A stretch of DNA of 64,000 nucleotides, from the NCBI GenBank assembly GCA_965215275.1, contig OZ244044.1:1760001-1824000 (forward strand), given 5' to 3'. Source of the stretch: Thermodesulfobacteriota bacterium (GTDB lineage Bacteria > Desulfobacterota_D > UBA1144 > Nemesobacterales > JAJCZQ01). Shown piece by piece: positions 40,369-50,039 of the stretch; the first letter of the stretch is position 1, and the number at the start of each line of letters is the position of its first letter. A model generated the notes under the pieces. The model made no database searches and was not told where the DNA came from. It saw nothing but the letters and a program-made list of their open reading frames with translations. The position numbers were made by a program, and so were the translations under genes.

Positions 40369-41742
40369 TCAGTTCAGAAACTTTATCGTGTTTTCCATTT
40401 TCATACCGCGGGACCCCTTAAGCAGTATAAAATCATTATTTTCTGCGTTTGCAACAAGAATTCTTGCAGCTTCCTCGTGCGTTTCAACGTGCAGGTTGTC
40501 CACTTCACCTTCAAGTTCTTCATTTATAAGCTTTGATAGTTCTCCATAGGTTATCACCATATCTATGTTCAGGTTTTTTATATGCCTGCCAATTTCCTTG
40601 TGCTCGCTGCCGCTGCCGGGTCCGAGTTCAAGCATATCTCCCAGTACGGCGATCACCTTGTTGTCGTTTTTTAACCTGGAAAGTTCAGTAAGGGCACTGG
40701 ACATGGACGTGGGATTGGCATTATAGGAGTCGTTGATGATCCTGAATCCATGATCGGTCTGTATTATTTCAAGTCTCATGCTTACGGGTTCGTACGTTTT
40801 TATGCCTTCAACTATCTCCTCCAGCGAATACCCTAATGAGCATGCTATTGCTGACGCACAGAGAGCGTTCATAACGTTATGTGTACCAAAGCCCTTTATT
40901 CTCGCTTCCTCGGACCTGCCGTTTATGATCAGGTCGAAGGTTATGGCTTCAGTTCCCCTGCTCCTTATATTATCAGCACGTATATCAGCGCTCTTGCTGC
41001 TTAGACCGTAGGTGATCTTACGGCAGTTCAGTCCGGAGGCCATTATACTTATGTACGGGTCGTCCACGTTTACAATAAAGTCATTGTCCCTGCCGAACTT
41101 TTCGATCATCTCTCCCTTTGCTTTTGCCACGCCTTCAAGGGTTTTCATCTTTTTCAGGTGTCCTCTGCCGATGTTCGTTATAGCTCCTATGTCCGGTTGG
41201 GCCATACTGGTGAGCTGTCTGATCTCGCCAAAGTCGTTCATCCCGATCTCAGCCACGCATATATCGTGGCTGTCGTTCAGTTTAAGCAGCGTCAGCGGGA
41301 GTCCGAGATGGTTGTTTAGATTGCCCTGATTTTTCAATACCTTCTTTTTTACTGACAGGATGCCGGCGGTTATTTCTTTTGTTGTTGTTTTACCGTTCGT
41401 GCCGGTGATACACGCGACTTTAAGCTTTTTATAACGATTTCTCCATGTGTTTGCCATCTGTCCGAGCGCTTCAGCAGTGGAACGCACTTTCATTATCGTT
41501 TTATTATCTTTCATTTTCAGATTTTCAGGTACACGTTCAAGTATCACGCCGGCTGCCCCTTTTTCAAATGCCTCGTTAATAAAGTCATGACCATCGAACC
41601 TGTCTCCCCTTATGGCGATGAAGAGATCTCCTGAAACTATCTTTCTGCTGTCAATTGATATATCGCTGAAGTACCTTGCTGCGGACCTGTCCGACACTAC
41701 TTCACAACCTGATGACCTTATTATGAATTCTCGTTCGAACAT
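40369..41742 (-). CDS. murF: UDP-MurNAc-tripeptide--D-Ala-D-Ala ligase
   Basis: GTNGKTTTKE, NNHLGLP, NDSYNANPTS, LGDMLELG, KGSRG. Confidence 0.97.
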   Translation of the reverse strand: MFEREFIIRSSGCEVVSDRSAARYFSDISIDSRKIVSGDLFIAIRGDRFDGHDFINEAFEKGAAGVILERVPENLKMKDNKTIMKVRSTAEALGQMANTWRNRYKKLKVACITGTNGKTTTKEITAGILSVKKKVLKNQGNLNNHLGLPLTLLKLNDSHDICVAEIGMNDFGEIRQLTSMAQPDIGAITNIGRGHLKKMKTLEGVAKAKGEMIEKFGRDNDFIVNVDDPYISIMASGLNCRKITYGLSSKSADIRADNIRSRGTEAITFDLIINGRSEEARIKGFGTHNVMNALCASAIACSLGYSLEEIVEGIKTYEPVSMRLEIIQTDHGFRIINDSYNANPTSMSSALTELSRLKNDNKVIAVLGDMLELGPGSGSEHKEIGRHIKNLNIDMVITYGELSKLINEELEGEVDNLHVETHEEAARILVANAENNDFILLKGSRGMKMENTIKFLN

Positions 41743-43233
41743 CTATCCTTCTGAACCGTCCAGAAATTTTTTTACGACCTCTCTGTCGTCAAAATCGATC
41801 TTCTTATCTCCGATGATCTGATAGTTCTCATGACCCTTACCCGCTATCAGGATAATGTCGTCTTTTCCGGCAAGTTCGATCGATCTTTTTATGGCCTTCT
41901 CTCTGCTGACGATCTTCGTATAGTTGTTACGAATTGAAGGTACGGACCTGATCCCTACCTCAATGTCGTTAATGATCTTTTCAGGGTCTTCCGATCTTGG
42001 ATTATCTGAAGTTATTATCACGTGATCAGAGAACTGACCGGCGATTTTACCCATCATGGCCCTTTTGTCTTCATCCCTGTCTCCTCCGCATCCAAACACC
42101 GTGATAATACTGCTTTTTTTGAATGGTCGAAGGGCCTTTAAGATGTTCTGGAGTGCGTCGGGTGTATGTGCGTAGTCTATAAAAACTTCAAATCCCGCAC
42201 GGCTTGTAATTTTTTCCAGCCTGCCGGGAACCGTTATATTTTCGGATATTGCGGACCCGATACAGGATAAAGGAACTCCAAGTTCAGACGTGATCGTTAC
42301 TGCCGCCAGGATATTATATAGATTATGTGCTCCTATGAAACTTGATCTTATCCTTAATTTTTCTCCTTTTACCATCAGTTCTGCCTCTATGCCTGAGCGG
42401 GACATCCTGTGACTTATGGAATGTACGTCCGCGTCGTCTGACAGCAGGGAGTAGGAGGCCGTTCTGTCGTCCGTTCCCGCGGCTATTTCCCTGCCGTAAT
42501 GGTCATCGGCGTTAACCACTGCGACCTTGTTCTTTTTAGAACTGTTCTTTAAGACCCTGGTAAAGAGTTTTTTTTTAGAGTCGAAGTACGAATCCATTGA
42601 GCTGTGATAATCCAGATGGTCTCTGGAAAGGTTAGTAAACGCGGCACAGTCAAAATTACAGCCGTCAACCCTGTTCAGGTCCAGAGCGTGGGACGATACT
42701 TCCATGCACACGTTACTCACCTTGTTCTGCCTCATTTCGTACAGAAGTCTGGCAAGTTCTATCGAATCGGGAGTTGTCATGGAGGAGGCTGATGCTTTTC
42801 CAGCGAACCTGTTCTCAATGGTCCCTATGGTCCCGGTTATCCTGTTCTCTTTTTTCCAGATGGCATCAACTATGTTCGATACGGTGGTTTTACCGTTTGT
42901 TCCCGTGACCCCCACTAACGTCAGATCGTCTGACGGATCAAGGTAATAGCTTGAAGCGGTAAAGGGTGTGCATTCCCTTGTGTTGCTTACTCTTACGTAC
43001 GTGATGTCCTCCCGCGTGTTTTCCGGCATGTCCTCCAGAAGTATAGAGGATGCTCCTTTTTCGGCCGCAGAACCAATGAAGTCGTGTCCATCAAAGTTGC
43101 TGCCCCTTATCGCACAGAACATGTATCCCTTTTTTACTTCTTTCGAGTTTGAAGTTATGCCCGTCACTTTACTTTGAAGACTGCCGGTCACGTTTAAGTA
43201 GCTAACATTTTTAAGAACGTCGATTACCTTCAT
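41743..43233 (-). CDS. murE: UDP-MurNAc-dipeptide--meso-DAP ligase
   Basis: GTNGKTT, MEVSSH, DYAHTPD, DNPR (DAP-type), AGKGHE. Confidence 0.97.
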   Translation of the reverse strand: MKVIDVLKNVSYLNVTGSLQSKVTGITSNSKEVKKGYMFCAIRGSNFDGHDFIGSAAEKGASSILLEDMPENTREDITYVRVSNTRECTPFTASSYYLDPSDDLTLVGVTGTNGKTTVSNIVDAIWKKENRITGTIGTIENRFAGKASASSMTTPDSIELARLLYEMRQNKVSNVCMEVSSHALDLNRVDGCNFDCAAFTNLSRDHLDYHSSMDSYFDSKKKLFTRVLKNSSKKNKVAVVNADDHYGREIAAGTDDRTASYSLLSDDADVHSISHRMSRSGIEAELMVKGEKLRIRSSFIGAHNLYNILAAVTITSELGVPLSCIGSAISENITVPGRLEKITSRAGFEVFIDYAHTPDALQNILKALRPFKKSSIITVFGCGGDRDEDKRAMMGKIAGQFSDHVIITSDNPRSEDPEKIINDIEVGIRSVPSIRNNYTKIVSREKAIKRSIELAGKDDIILIAGKGHENYQIIGDKKIDFDDREVVKKFLDGSEG

Positions 43234-45152
43234 ATATCCTGACTCAAAGTGAATGAGCATATGGTATCACTTTTTATTTTTTGTCCCGTTTCCGGAGACT
43301 GGGAAACTGCAAAACCGGCTCCGTCGAACTTTACCTCCACCCCCGTCTGACTTGCCCACTTTAATATGTCTCTTTTGCTTTTTCCGGCCAGATCGGGCAT
43401 CAGCTTTTCTCCCGAGAAGTCACTATCCGCCGGTACCCCTAAATGGAACAGGGTCTTTTCCGTAATGGACCTGAAAATAGGAGCTGCCACGGACCCTCCA
43501 TATATGGATTTTTTCGGATTGTGCACAACGACCGCAAGGGTGATCTCAGGTTCATATGCGGGAGCAAATCCTACAAAGGACGCTATGTACCTGTCTTTGT
43601 GGTAACCTCCCGTTTCCAGGTCCGGTATCTGGGCCGTTCCGGTTTTTCCGGCAACCTTATATCCGTTGATCTTCGCATTTTTTCCAGACCCGTTCTCCAC
43701 GACGCCCTGTAAGATGGAGGTGGCCTGCATAGCCGTTTCGTAGGAGATCACTTTTTTCAGTGCCTCCGGACTTTTTTGTTTAACCGTTATACCGTCCGGT
43801 GAGTTTATCTGCTTAACGATGTGAGGTTTCATAAGGTATCCACCGTTGGCAATGGCCGACATGGCAGTTGCCAGTTGAAGGGACGTAATGGAGACCCCTT
43901 GTCCGAATGAAATGGTCGCCAGTTCCAGCGGTCCCCATTTTCTGCTGTTCGAAAGCATCCCAGGGGATTCTCCCGGCAGATCAACTCCCAGGACCTTGCC
44001 AAATCCAAAGTCTCTCAGATAACTGTAGAGGTTTGCTTTTCCCACGTTCTCTCCGATCTTGGACGCACATATGTTACTTGATACCTGTATGGTTTCAGAA
44101 ACCGTTAAGATCTCGTGAGGGTAGGCGTCTTTTATAACCTTTGAACCGATCTTCCTTTTTCCGTTTTCACAATCGTAAGTTGAACTGGATTCCACCACTC
44201 CTTCTTCCAGAGCGGCTGCCACAAGGAACACTTTCAACGTTGAACCTGGTTCGAACATCTGCCATATAGAGAAATTCCTTCTGTATTGCTCGGGGAATTC
44301 TGCAAATCTGTTAGGGTTAAAGAACGGATAGGAGGCCATGGCAAGTATCTCTCCCGTGTTCGGGTTCATTGCGACCGCCATTCCACTTTCCGCCTCGGTT
44401 TTTATAATGCCGGTTTTGAGTTCCTTTTCCACTATATGCTGTATAGTGGAATCGATCGTCAGTTGTACTTCATGTCCTCTGGCGGGACTTTCAAGATCAG
44501 CCGGGGTCCTGAGTATCTGTCTTCCCTTGGCGTCTTTTCTGAATCTGATCTTTTGAGGGGTTCCCGACAGTACTTTGTCCATGCCGTACTCTATTCCCTC
44601 GATACCCTTTGAGTCTATATCGGTAAAACCAAGTACCTGTCCGAGCAGATATTCGTTAGGGTAGACCCTCTTGGGTTCCTTTAAAAAACCGATGCCCTCG
44701 ATGTTCAGACCCTTTAATTTTTTTACCAGCTTCTCGTCAGCTAACCTTTTTAACCATACGAATGATTTATTTGACGAGACAAGGGCAAGGACCTTCCTGT
44801 ATTCAAAGTGGGTGTTCGCGGATATTTCCTTAGCGAATTTTTTAGGGTCCCTGATCTGTTTTGGATTTATATAAATGGAGTCGGTATCAACGTTCGTGGC
44901 AAGATACCTGTTGTTCCTGTCAAGGATGTTGCCCCTTCTGGGCAGGAGACCGAACGAACCGAAATGCTGTTTTTCTGCTATCTTGAGTGATTTGTTACGG
45001 TCTGCTACCTGTAACGTGAATGCCTTATAGGCTATGGTCGTAAACGATAGAAAAACGATAAAAGCCGAAATGTAAATTTTCCATTTACCTGTTCTGGAAC
45101 CGTCTTTATAATGGTAAGACCGGTTCCTGTTCCGCTTTTTTATAGTTTTCAT
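43230..45152 (-). CDS. ftsI: Penicillin-binding protein 3 with C-terminal PASTA domain
   Basis: RGNILDR, EPGSTLK, SSN, KTGTAQ. Confidence 0.95.
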   Translation of the reverse strand: MKTIKKRNRNRSYHYKDGSRTGKWKIYISAFIVFLSFTTIAYKAFTLQVADRNKSLKIAEKQHFGSFGLLPRRGNILDRNNRYLATNVDTDSIYINPKQIRDPKKFAKEISANTHFEYRKVLALVSSNKSFVWLKRLADEKLVKKLKGLNIEGIGFLKEPKRVYPNEYLLGQVLGFTDIDSKGIEGIEYGMDKVLSGTPQKIRFRKDAKGRQILRTPADLESPARGHEVQLTIDSTIQHIVEKELKTGIIKTEAESGMAVAMNPNTGEILAMASYPFFNPNRFAEFPEQYRRNFSIWQMFEPGSTLKVFLVAAALEEGVVESSSTYDCENGKRKIGSKVIKDAYPHEILTVSETIQVSSNICASKIGENVGKANLYSYLRDFGFGKVLGVDLPGESPGMLSNSRKWGPLELATISFGQGVSITSLQLATAMSAIANGGYLMKPHIVKQINSPDGITVKQKSPEALKKVISYETAMQATSILQGVVENGSGKNAKINGYKVAGKTGTAQIPDLETGGYHKDRYIASFVGFAPAYEPEITLAVVVHNPKKSIYGGSVAAPIFRSITEKTLFHLGVPADSDFSGEKLMPDLAGKSKRDILKWASQTGVEVKFDGAGFAVSQSPETGQKIKSDTICSFTLSQDI

Positions 45153-45436
45153 TTTCTATTACTGATAATAGTCGCTCTTTCCATGTAAAAGATATCGTTC
45201 TGGGTCGGAAATCTGAACCCCAGATTACTGGCTATGATCTCCAGTTTGTACGGTGACTGAAGATTTGACAGCCTGGCCCTTAATTTCTGCCTTTCCTGTA
45301 CCAGTGATTTTTCTCTTTCAGTGTTTTCTGATATTGCGTATCCCGTGTCTATCTGATCCACCTTTATCTTCACAAAGGCCATTGAGAACCCCAGGGTTAA
45401 AACTATTGTCAACAGTGCTATAGATCTTTTGTTCAT
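45149..45436 (-). CDS. ftsL: Cell division protein FtsL-like
   Basis: TM plus coiled coil; lies between rsmH and ftsI. Confidence 0.75.
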   Translation of the reverse strand: MNKRSIALLTIVLTLGFSMAFVKIKVDQIDTGYAISENTEREKSLVQERQKLRARLSNLQSPYKLEIIASNLGFRFPTQNDIFYMERATIISNRK

Positions 45437-45440
45437 TGTT

Positions 45441-46406
45441 TTATATCCTCTCTCCAATTCTCATTTTGGCACTTCTGCATCTTGGATTTTCCATACGCTC
45501 CTCTTCGCTGGGTCTTATGGGGGACTTGGTCAGTATTTTCAAGGTGCTTTTTTTCTGGCAACCGCACACGGGCAGGTCTGGTGGACAGATACAGTTTGAA
45601 CTGAATTCCTTGAAGTAGTTCTTAACGACCCGGTCCTCAAGGGAATGAAAGGATATTATTATCAGCCGCCCTCCGGACTTTAACAGATCGACCGCTTTTT
45701 TTATAAATACCCTTAGATTATCTATTTCGTTGTTCACTGCTATTCGGAGAGCCTGGAACGTCTTTGTTGCAGGGTGTCTGCTTTTTGAATGAAATCTTTT
45801 CGGGATCGAACTGGAAACTATCTCTGCCAGTTCTGCAGCGGTCTTCAGCGGGCCGGATTTTCGTGCCTTGACGATAGACTCGGAGATCCTTTTTGAAAAA
45901 TTTTCCTCTCCGTAATTTTTTATCAGACCTTCGATCTCTTCCGCGGTCATCTCGTTCAGCAGATCGAACGCGGTAAACTGAAGTTTTATGTCCATTCTCA
46001 TGTCGAGGGGGCCGTTACCTGAGAAGCTGAATCCCCTGTTGTCGTTTTCAAGCTGAAAGGATGACATGCCGAGGTCTGCGATTATCCCGTCTACTTTTTC
46101 CACGCCGAGGTCCCTGACCACGCTGTCAATGTCGACAAAATTCTTATTTACGAGGGTCACCTGACTTTTAAACGGTTTCAGGTACTGCTCGGAATACATC
46201 AGAGCTCCCTCGTCTACGTCCAGACCGATTATCTTTGACCTGCAACCCGACATTTCAAGAAGCTGCATGGAGTGTCCTCCTAATCCCACCGTTGCATCTA
46301 CGTATACGCCATCTTCCACCGGGTTAAGATAGTCAACGGCTTCTCTCAACAGGACCGTTTTATGTACAGGCTGATTAACTTTTGTAGCGACTTTATTCAT
46401 TTTCAT
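45441..46406 (-). CDS. rsmH: 16S rRNA m4C1402 methyltransferase
   Basis: DATVGLGGHS, DLGMSS, PLDMRMD, FQALRIAVN, SFHSLEDR. Confidence 0.98.
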   Translation of the reverse strand: MKMNKVATKVNQPVHKTVLLREAVDYLNPVEDGVYVDATVGLGGHSMQLLEMSGCRSKIIGLDVDEGALMYSEQYLKPFKSQVTLVNKNFVDIDSVVRDLGVEKVDGIIADLGMSSFQLENDNRGFSFSGNGPLDMRMDIKLQFTAFDLLNEMTAEEIEGLIKNYGEENFSKRISESIVKARKSGPLKTAAELAEIVSSSIPKRFHSKSRHPATKTFQALRIAVNNEIDNLRVFIKKAVDLLKSGGRLIIISFHSLEDRVVKNYFKEFSSNCICPPDLPVCGCQKKSTLKILTKSPIRPSEEERMENPRCRSAKMRIGERI

Positions 46407-46849
46407 AGTCCGTATTCTGCAAGGATCTCCCTGTTTTTGTTGAACTGCAGATGAGAGCCCTTAAACACCTCCTCATACCAGATATTTTTATCCCATATCT
46501 CGATTTTCTTCAGCATACCCACCATCACTACCTCTTGTGTGATGTTTGCGTGCTTTCTCAGCAGCTGGGGTATTAAGACCCTGCCCTGTCCGTCAACGGG
46601 GCAGTCTGAAGCCCCTCCCATTAAATATCTAATAGAAGCCAGCAGGTTCTCGTTAAACTGGGGCAGGGCGGACATACTGTTCTCGATCTTGCTCCATTCC
46701 TGTAGAGGATAAGCCACCAGACACCTGTCAAAGTTAGTTATGATGAAGAACTCCTCGTCGTATTTTTCACGACAGATCTCCCTGAACTTGGAAGGAATAC
46801 TGACCCTTCCGGTGCTTGTTACCTTGTGTTCATATTGTCCGCGGAACAT
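46403..46849 (-). CDS. mraZ: Transcriptional regulator MraZ
   Basis: MFRGQYEHKV, GRVSIPSKFR, DGQGRVLIP, IEIW. Confidence 0.95.
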   Translation of the reverse strand: MFRGQYEHKVTSTGRVSIPSKFREICREKYDEEFFIITNFDRCLVAYPLQEWSKIENSMSALPQFNENLLASIRYLMGGASDCPVDGQGRVLIPQLLRKHANITQEVVMVGMLKKIEIWDKNIWYEEVFKGSHLQFNKNREILAEYGL

Positions 46850-46994
46850 GATTAACCAAACTGTACCATTTTATGCCATAATATATACTTTATATGCCAT
46901 TTGATTACGATATAAGAAATAAGTTAAAATGTCAAGCGTTATGAGGATAAGTAAAAAAATTATATGTTTTAAGCGGTTTTGAACTGGATGATCA

Positions 46995-47213
46995 ATGCCG
47001 GATATTTTCATAAGACTTCATAAGAAAAGTCAGAATGTATTGCTGCAGTCCGTTCTGGGCAGCTATTCACATTTGATGTGGGTGAGAACCGAGGACCGGA
47101 AAAGTGCACTTGTCAGGGTTGCCACGACCGATGACCTCTATCAGGAAACTGTCGGTGTACTCAAAAGTATAAGGTCATACATTGGCTATGATATTGTAAA
47201 AGCTGATAAATGA
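46995..47213 (+). CDS. Small hypothetical protein (possibly DUF4911-like)
   Basis: 72-aa ORF, ATGA overlap with murJ; LQSVLGSYSHLMWVRT pattern. Confidence 0.6.
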   Translation: MPDIFIRLHKKSQNVLLQSVLGSYSHLMWVRTEDRKSALVRVATTDDLYQETVGVLKSIRSYIGYDIVKADK

Positions 47214-48760
47214 GCATGGACAGCGGTACTGTCAGGAACTGGGGATTGGTCGGGCTGTTTACCTTTGTAAGCAGGCTGATCGGCTATGTCAGGGACGTTA
47301 TAATCGTTTATTTTTTCGGTGCTTCATATCAGACCGATGCATTTTACGTTGCGTTCAGGATACCTAACCTTCTAAGGCGTCTGTTTGCGGAAGGGTCGAT
47401 CACGGTAGCGTTCGTACCGATATTTACCAGATATCTGAACAAGGGGAAGAGTTCGGCCAGGGACGCTCTCAATTCAGTATTTACGGTCCTTTTCCTTGTA
47501 GTTTTTGCCGTATCGGTACTGGGAGTGATATTTTCTCCTTTGATAGTAAAGATATTCGCCTACGGATTTGATGAAAGGACCATGAACCTGGCGGTTGAGT
47601 TAAACCGTATCGTGTTCCCCTATATTCTGTTTATATCCCTTGCTTCGCTCGCAATGGGCATTTTGAACTCCTTAAAGCACTTTTTTGCCCCGGCTTTTTC
47701 CCCGGTCCTTTTCAATCTGGCAATAATAGGGAGCATTGCTCTTTTTTACGGATTTTTTGAAAAACCGATAACTGCACTTGCGGTGGGCGTCTGTACAGGC
47801 GGATTACTTCAACTGGCGATCAACGTACCTTTTCTGATCAGAAAAAGGTACATGTTCAGGTTCACTGCCAAGCTGAATCATCCTGCGGTAAAAAGCATGG
47901 CGCTGCTGATGGTCCCGCAGCTTTTTGGAATAGCCGTTTACAATCTGAACATCATTGTAAATACGCAGTACGCCTCGTTTATGCCCAGCGGAACGGTCAC
48001 GTTCCTGTATCTTTCGGAAAGGCTGATCGAGTTCCCTCTTGGGATCATAGCCGTTTCTATTGCCACCGTGATGTTACCGAGACTGTCCCAGGACATTGCA
48101 GGTGGTAACATGGATGCCTTCAGAAAAGGTTATGCCTATTCACTGAGGTTAATGATGTTCATTATCGTTCCCTGCCTCTTCGGACTGATTGCCCTCAGGG
48201 TACCGATCTGTTCAGTGCTTTTTGAAAGAGGGGAGTTTACAAGGGACGAGGTAATATGGACGGCACACGCTCTTTTGGGATATTCGGTGGGGTTATGGGC
48301 AGTTGGCGGGCTCAGGATCACGGTGCCGGCGTTCTATGCACTGAGGGATACTAGAACGCCCGTTACGGTGGCGTTCATTGCATTTGTTACAAATGCGGTC
48401 CTGGGCTATTTTCTGGGACTTTACCTGTCTCTTTATCAGTTTGGTCTGGCCCTGGCGAGTTCCATTTCCGCCACTGTAAATTTTCTTTTACTTATATATC
48501 TTCTTAACAGGCGTACGAAAAACCTTCTTTCCCGTGGGTCCGCAGGTTTTGCCGTGAAGACGGTCGCCTTTTCAGTGATAATGGGCCTTGCGGCATGGAA
48601 GGCCTCTCAGTACGTAAACTGGACCGGTAACGAAACGTACTTGAACGTTTTGTTCCTGGTGCTGATCATTTTATTATCGCTTGCTGTCTACTGTGGTTTG
48701 TCAAAAATGTTTAACGTCAGGGAACTGAACGACCTGAGGGAGATGATACCCAGGAAGTAA
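47210..48760 (+). CDS. murJ: Lipid II flippase MurJ (MviN)
   Basis: SRLIGYVRD, AFRIPNLLRRLFAEG, RLIEFPLG. Confidence 0.97.
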   Translation: MSMDSGTVRNWGLVGLFTFVSRLIGYVRDVIIVYFFGASYQTDAFYVAFRIPNLLRRLFAEGSITVAFVPIFTRYLNKGKSSARDALNSVFTVLFLVVFAVSVLGVIFSPLIVKIFAYGFDERTMNLAVELNRIVFPYILFISLASLAMGILNSLKHFFAPAFSPVLFNLAIIGSIALFYGFFEKPITALAVGVCTGGLLQLAINVPFLIRKRYMFRFTAKLNHPAVKSMALLMVPQLFGIAVYNLNIIVNTQYASFMPSGTVTFLYLSERLIEFPLGIIAVSIATVMLPRLSQDIAGGNMDAFRKGYAYSLRLMMFIIVPCLFGLIALRVPICSVLFERGEFTRDEVIWTAHALLGYSVGLWAVGGLRITVPAFYALRDTRTPVTVAFIAFVTNAVLGYFLGLYLSLYQFGLALASSISATVNFLLLIYLLNRRTKNLLSRGSAGFAVKTVAFSVIMGLAAWKASQYVNWTGNETYLNVLFLVLIILLSLAVYCGLSKMFNVRELNDLREMIPRK

Positions 48761-48804
48761 TGGGGTGGTGCTTGGTGCTGAATTAAGTACTGGTTTTTCG
48801 GATC

Positions 48805-49458
48805 ATGAAAAATACCGTTTTTTTAAGTCCCGTACGTCTGGACGAATTAGAGGTCAAATATGCAGAGATGCTTGAAGATGATCCTGCCTCAGACTGTTTT
48901 GTCCCGCTTTCGCAGCTGTTGATAACGAGAAGAAAAACGGATGAGGCCCTAAAAGTACTCAGCAGAGGAGTTCGGCACGATAAGGAGAACGTTACGGCAA
49001 GGTATTTACTGGGAAAGATATATTTTGAGCGGTGGATGGTAGATAAAGCCAGAAAAGAGCTTGAGATGGCAGTGAAACTGGACCCTGGCAACATTGATGC
49101 TTCAAAAGTGCTGCTGCAGATATATTCAAGCAGGGGAGATCTTGAAACTGCCCTGGACCTTGCAAGGAACCTGTGTTTCTGCCATCCTAATAACAAAGAG
49201 ATCAGAGACCTTTTTGATCAGGTCAAAGGGATCGGTCCTGCCGGCAAGGACGGGAGACGGAACTTCCGTTCGGCTGTTTATCTGAAGGAGAACGAAAGCT
49301 GCCAAGGTAACGACCTTGCAACTGAAACGCTTGCGGATTTATATTCTGATCAGGGACATTATGATAAGGCGGTTAAAATATTAGATATACTTCTGAAGCA
49401 GGATCCATTTAATATGAAACTGTTACAAAAAAGGCAGAAGACAGAAAGCCTTAAATAA
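48805..49458 (+). CDS. Tetratricopeptide repeat protein
   Basis: TPR-like helices; TETLADLYSDQGHYDKA. Confidence 0.8.
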   Translation: MKNTVFLSPVRLDELEVKYAEMLEDDPASDCFVPLSQLLITRRKTDEALKVLSRGVRHDKENVTARYLLGKIYFERWMVDKARKELEMAVKLDPGNIDASKVLLQIYSSRGDLETALDLARNLCFCHPNNKEIRDLFDQVKGIGPAGKDGRRNFRSAVYLKENESCQGNDLATETLADLYSDQGHYDKAVKILDILLKQDPFNMKLLQKRQKTESLK

Positions 49459-49467
49459 GTACAGATC

Positions 49468-49962
49468 GTGCAAGGGAGGAACATATTGAAAATATTAATT
49501 ATAAACGGTCCGAATCTTAACATGCTCGGAAAAAGAGAGACGGATATCTATGGCAGCGTCAAGTTGGAGGATATAGACAGGTTACTGACGGACGAGTCCA
49601 AGAGCATTGATGAGAACCTGGTCCTGGAATTCTTTCAGTCGAATTCAGAAGGTGAAATAGTAGGTCATATTCAGCTTGCTCTTGACAGCTGTGACGGGAT
49701 ACTGATCAATCCCGCTGCTTACACCCACACGAGCGTGGCAATTCGTGATGCGTTACTGTCCACCGGACTTCCGGTGGTCGAGGTACATATTTCCAATATT
49801 TTTAAGCGAGAGGAGTTCAGGCACAGGTCCTTTGTGTCAGAGGTCTGCGTTGGAGTGATCTCCGGGTTCGGAGTGGATAGTTATTTACTGGGGCTCAGGG
49901 GGCTGTATAATTTTATCCGTTATTCTGGCGACAGGGCCGAAAGTGACCCGGTACGGGATTAA
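49468..49962 (+). CDS. aroQ: Type II 3-dehydroquinate dehydratase
   Basis: [28 protein letters not shown]. Confidence 0.97.
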   Translation: MQGRNILKILIINGPNLNMLGKRETDIYGSVKLEDIDRLLTDESKSIDENLVLEFFQSNSEGEIVGHIQLALDSCDGILINPAAYTHTSVAIRDALLSTGLPVVEVHISNIFKREEFRHRSFVSEVCVGVISGFGVDSYLLGLRGLYNFIRYSGDRAESDPVRD

Positions 49963-50039
49963 AAAAGTGAAAGCACCTGAAAACCTTTCAGTTTTATCTG
50001 CAGGTCCGTTATCACCGGGCATAATGGACGGCTTTTTGT

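Noticed and set aside
30729..45618. Many plus-strand ORFs opposite the dcw genes, and similar antisense ORFs elsewhere
   Set aside because: Shadow ORFs of well-supported genes, with no recognisable motifs.
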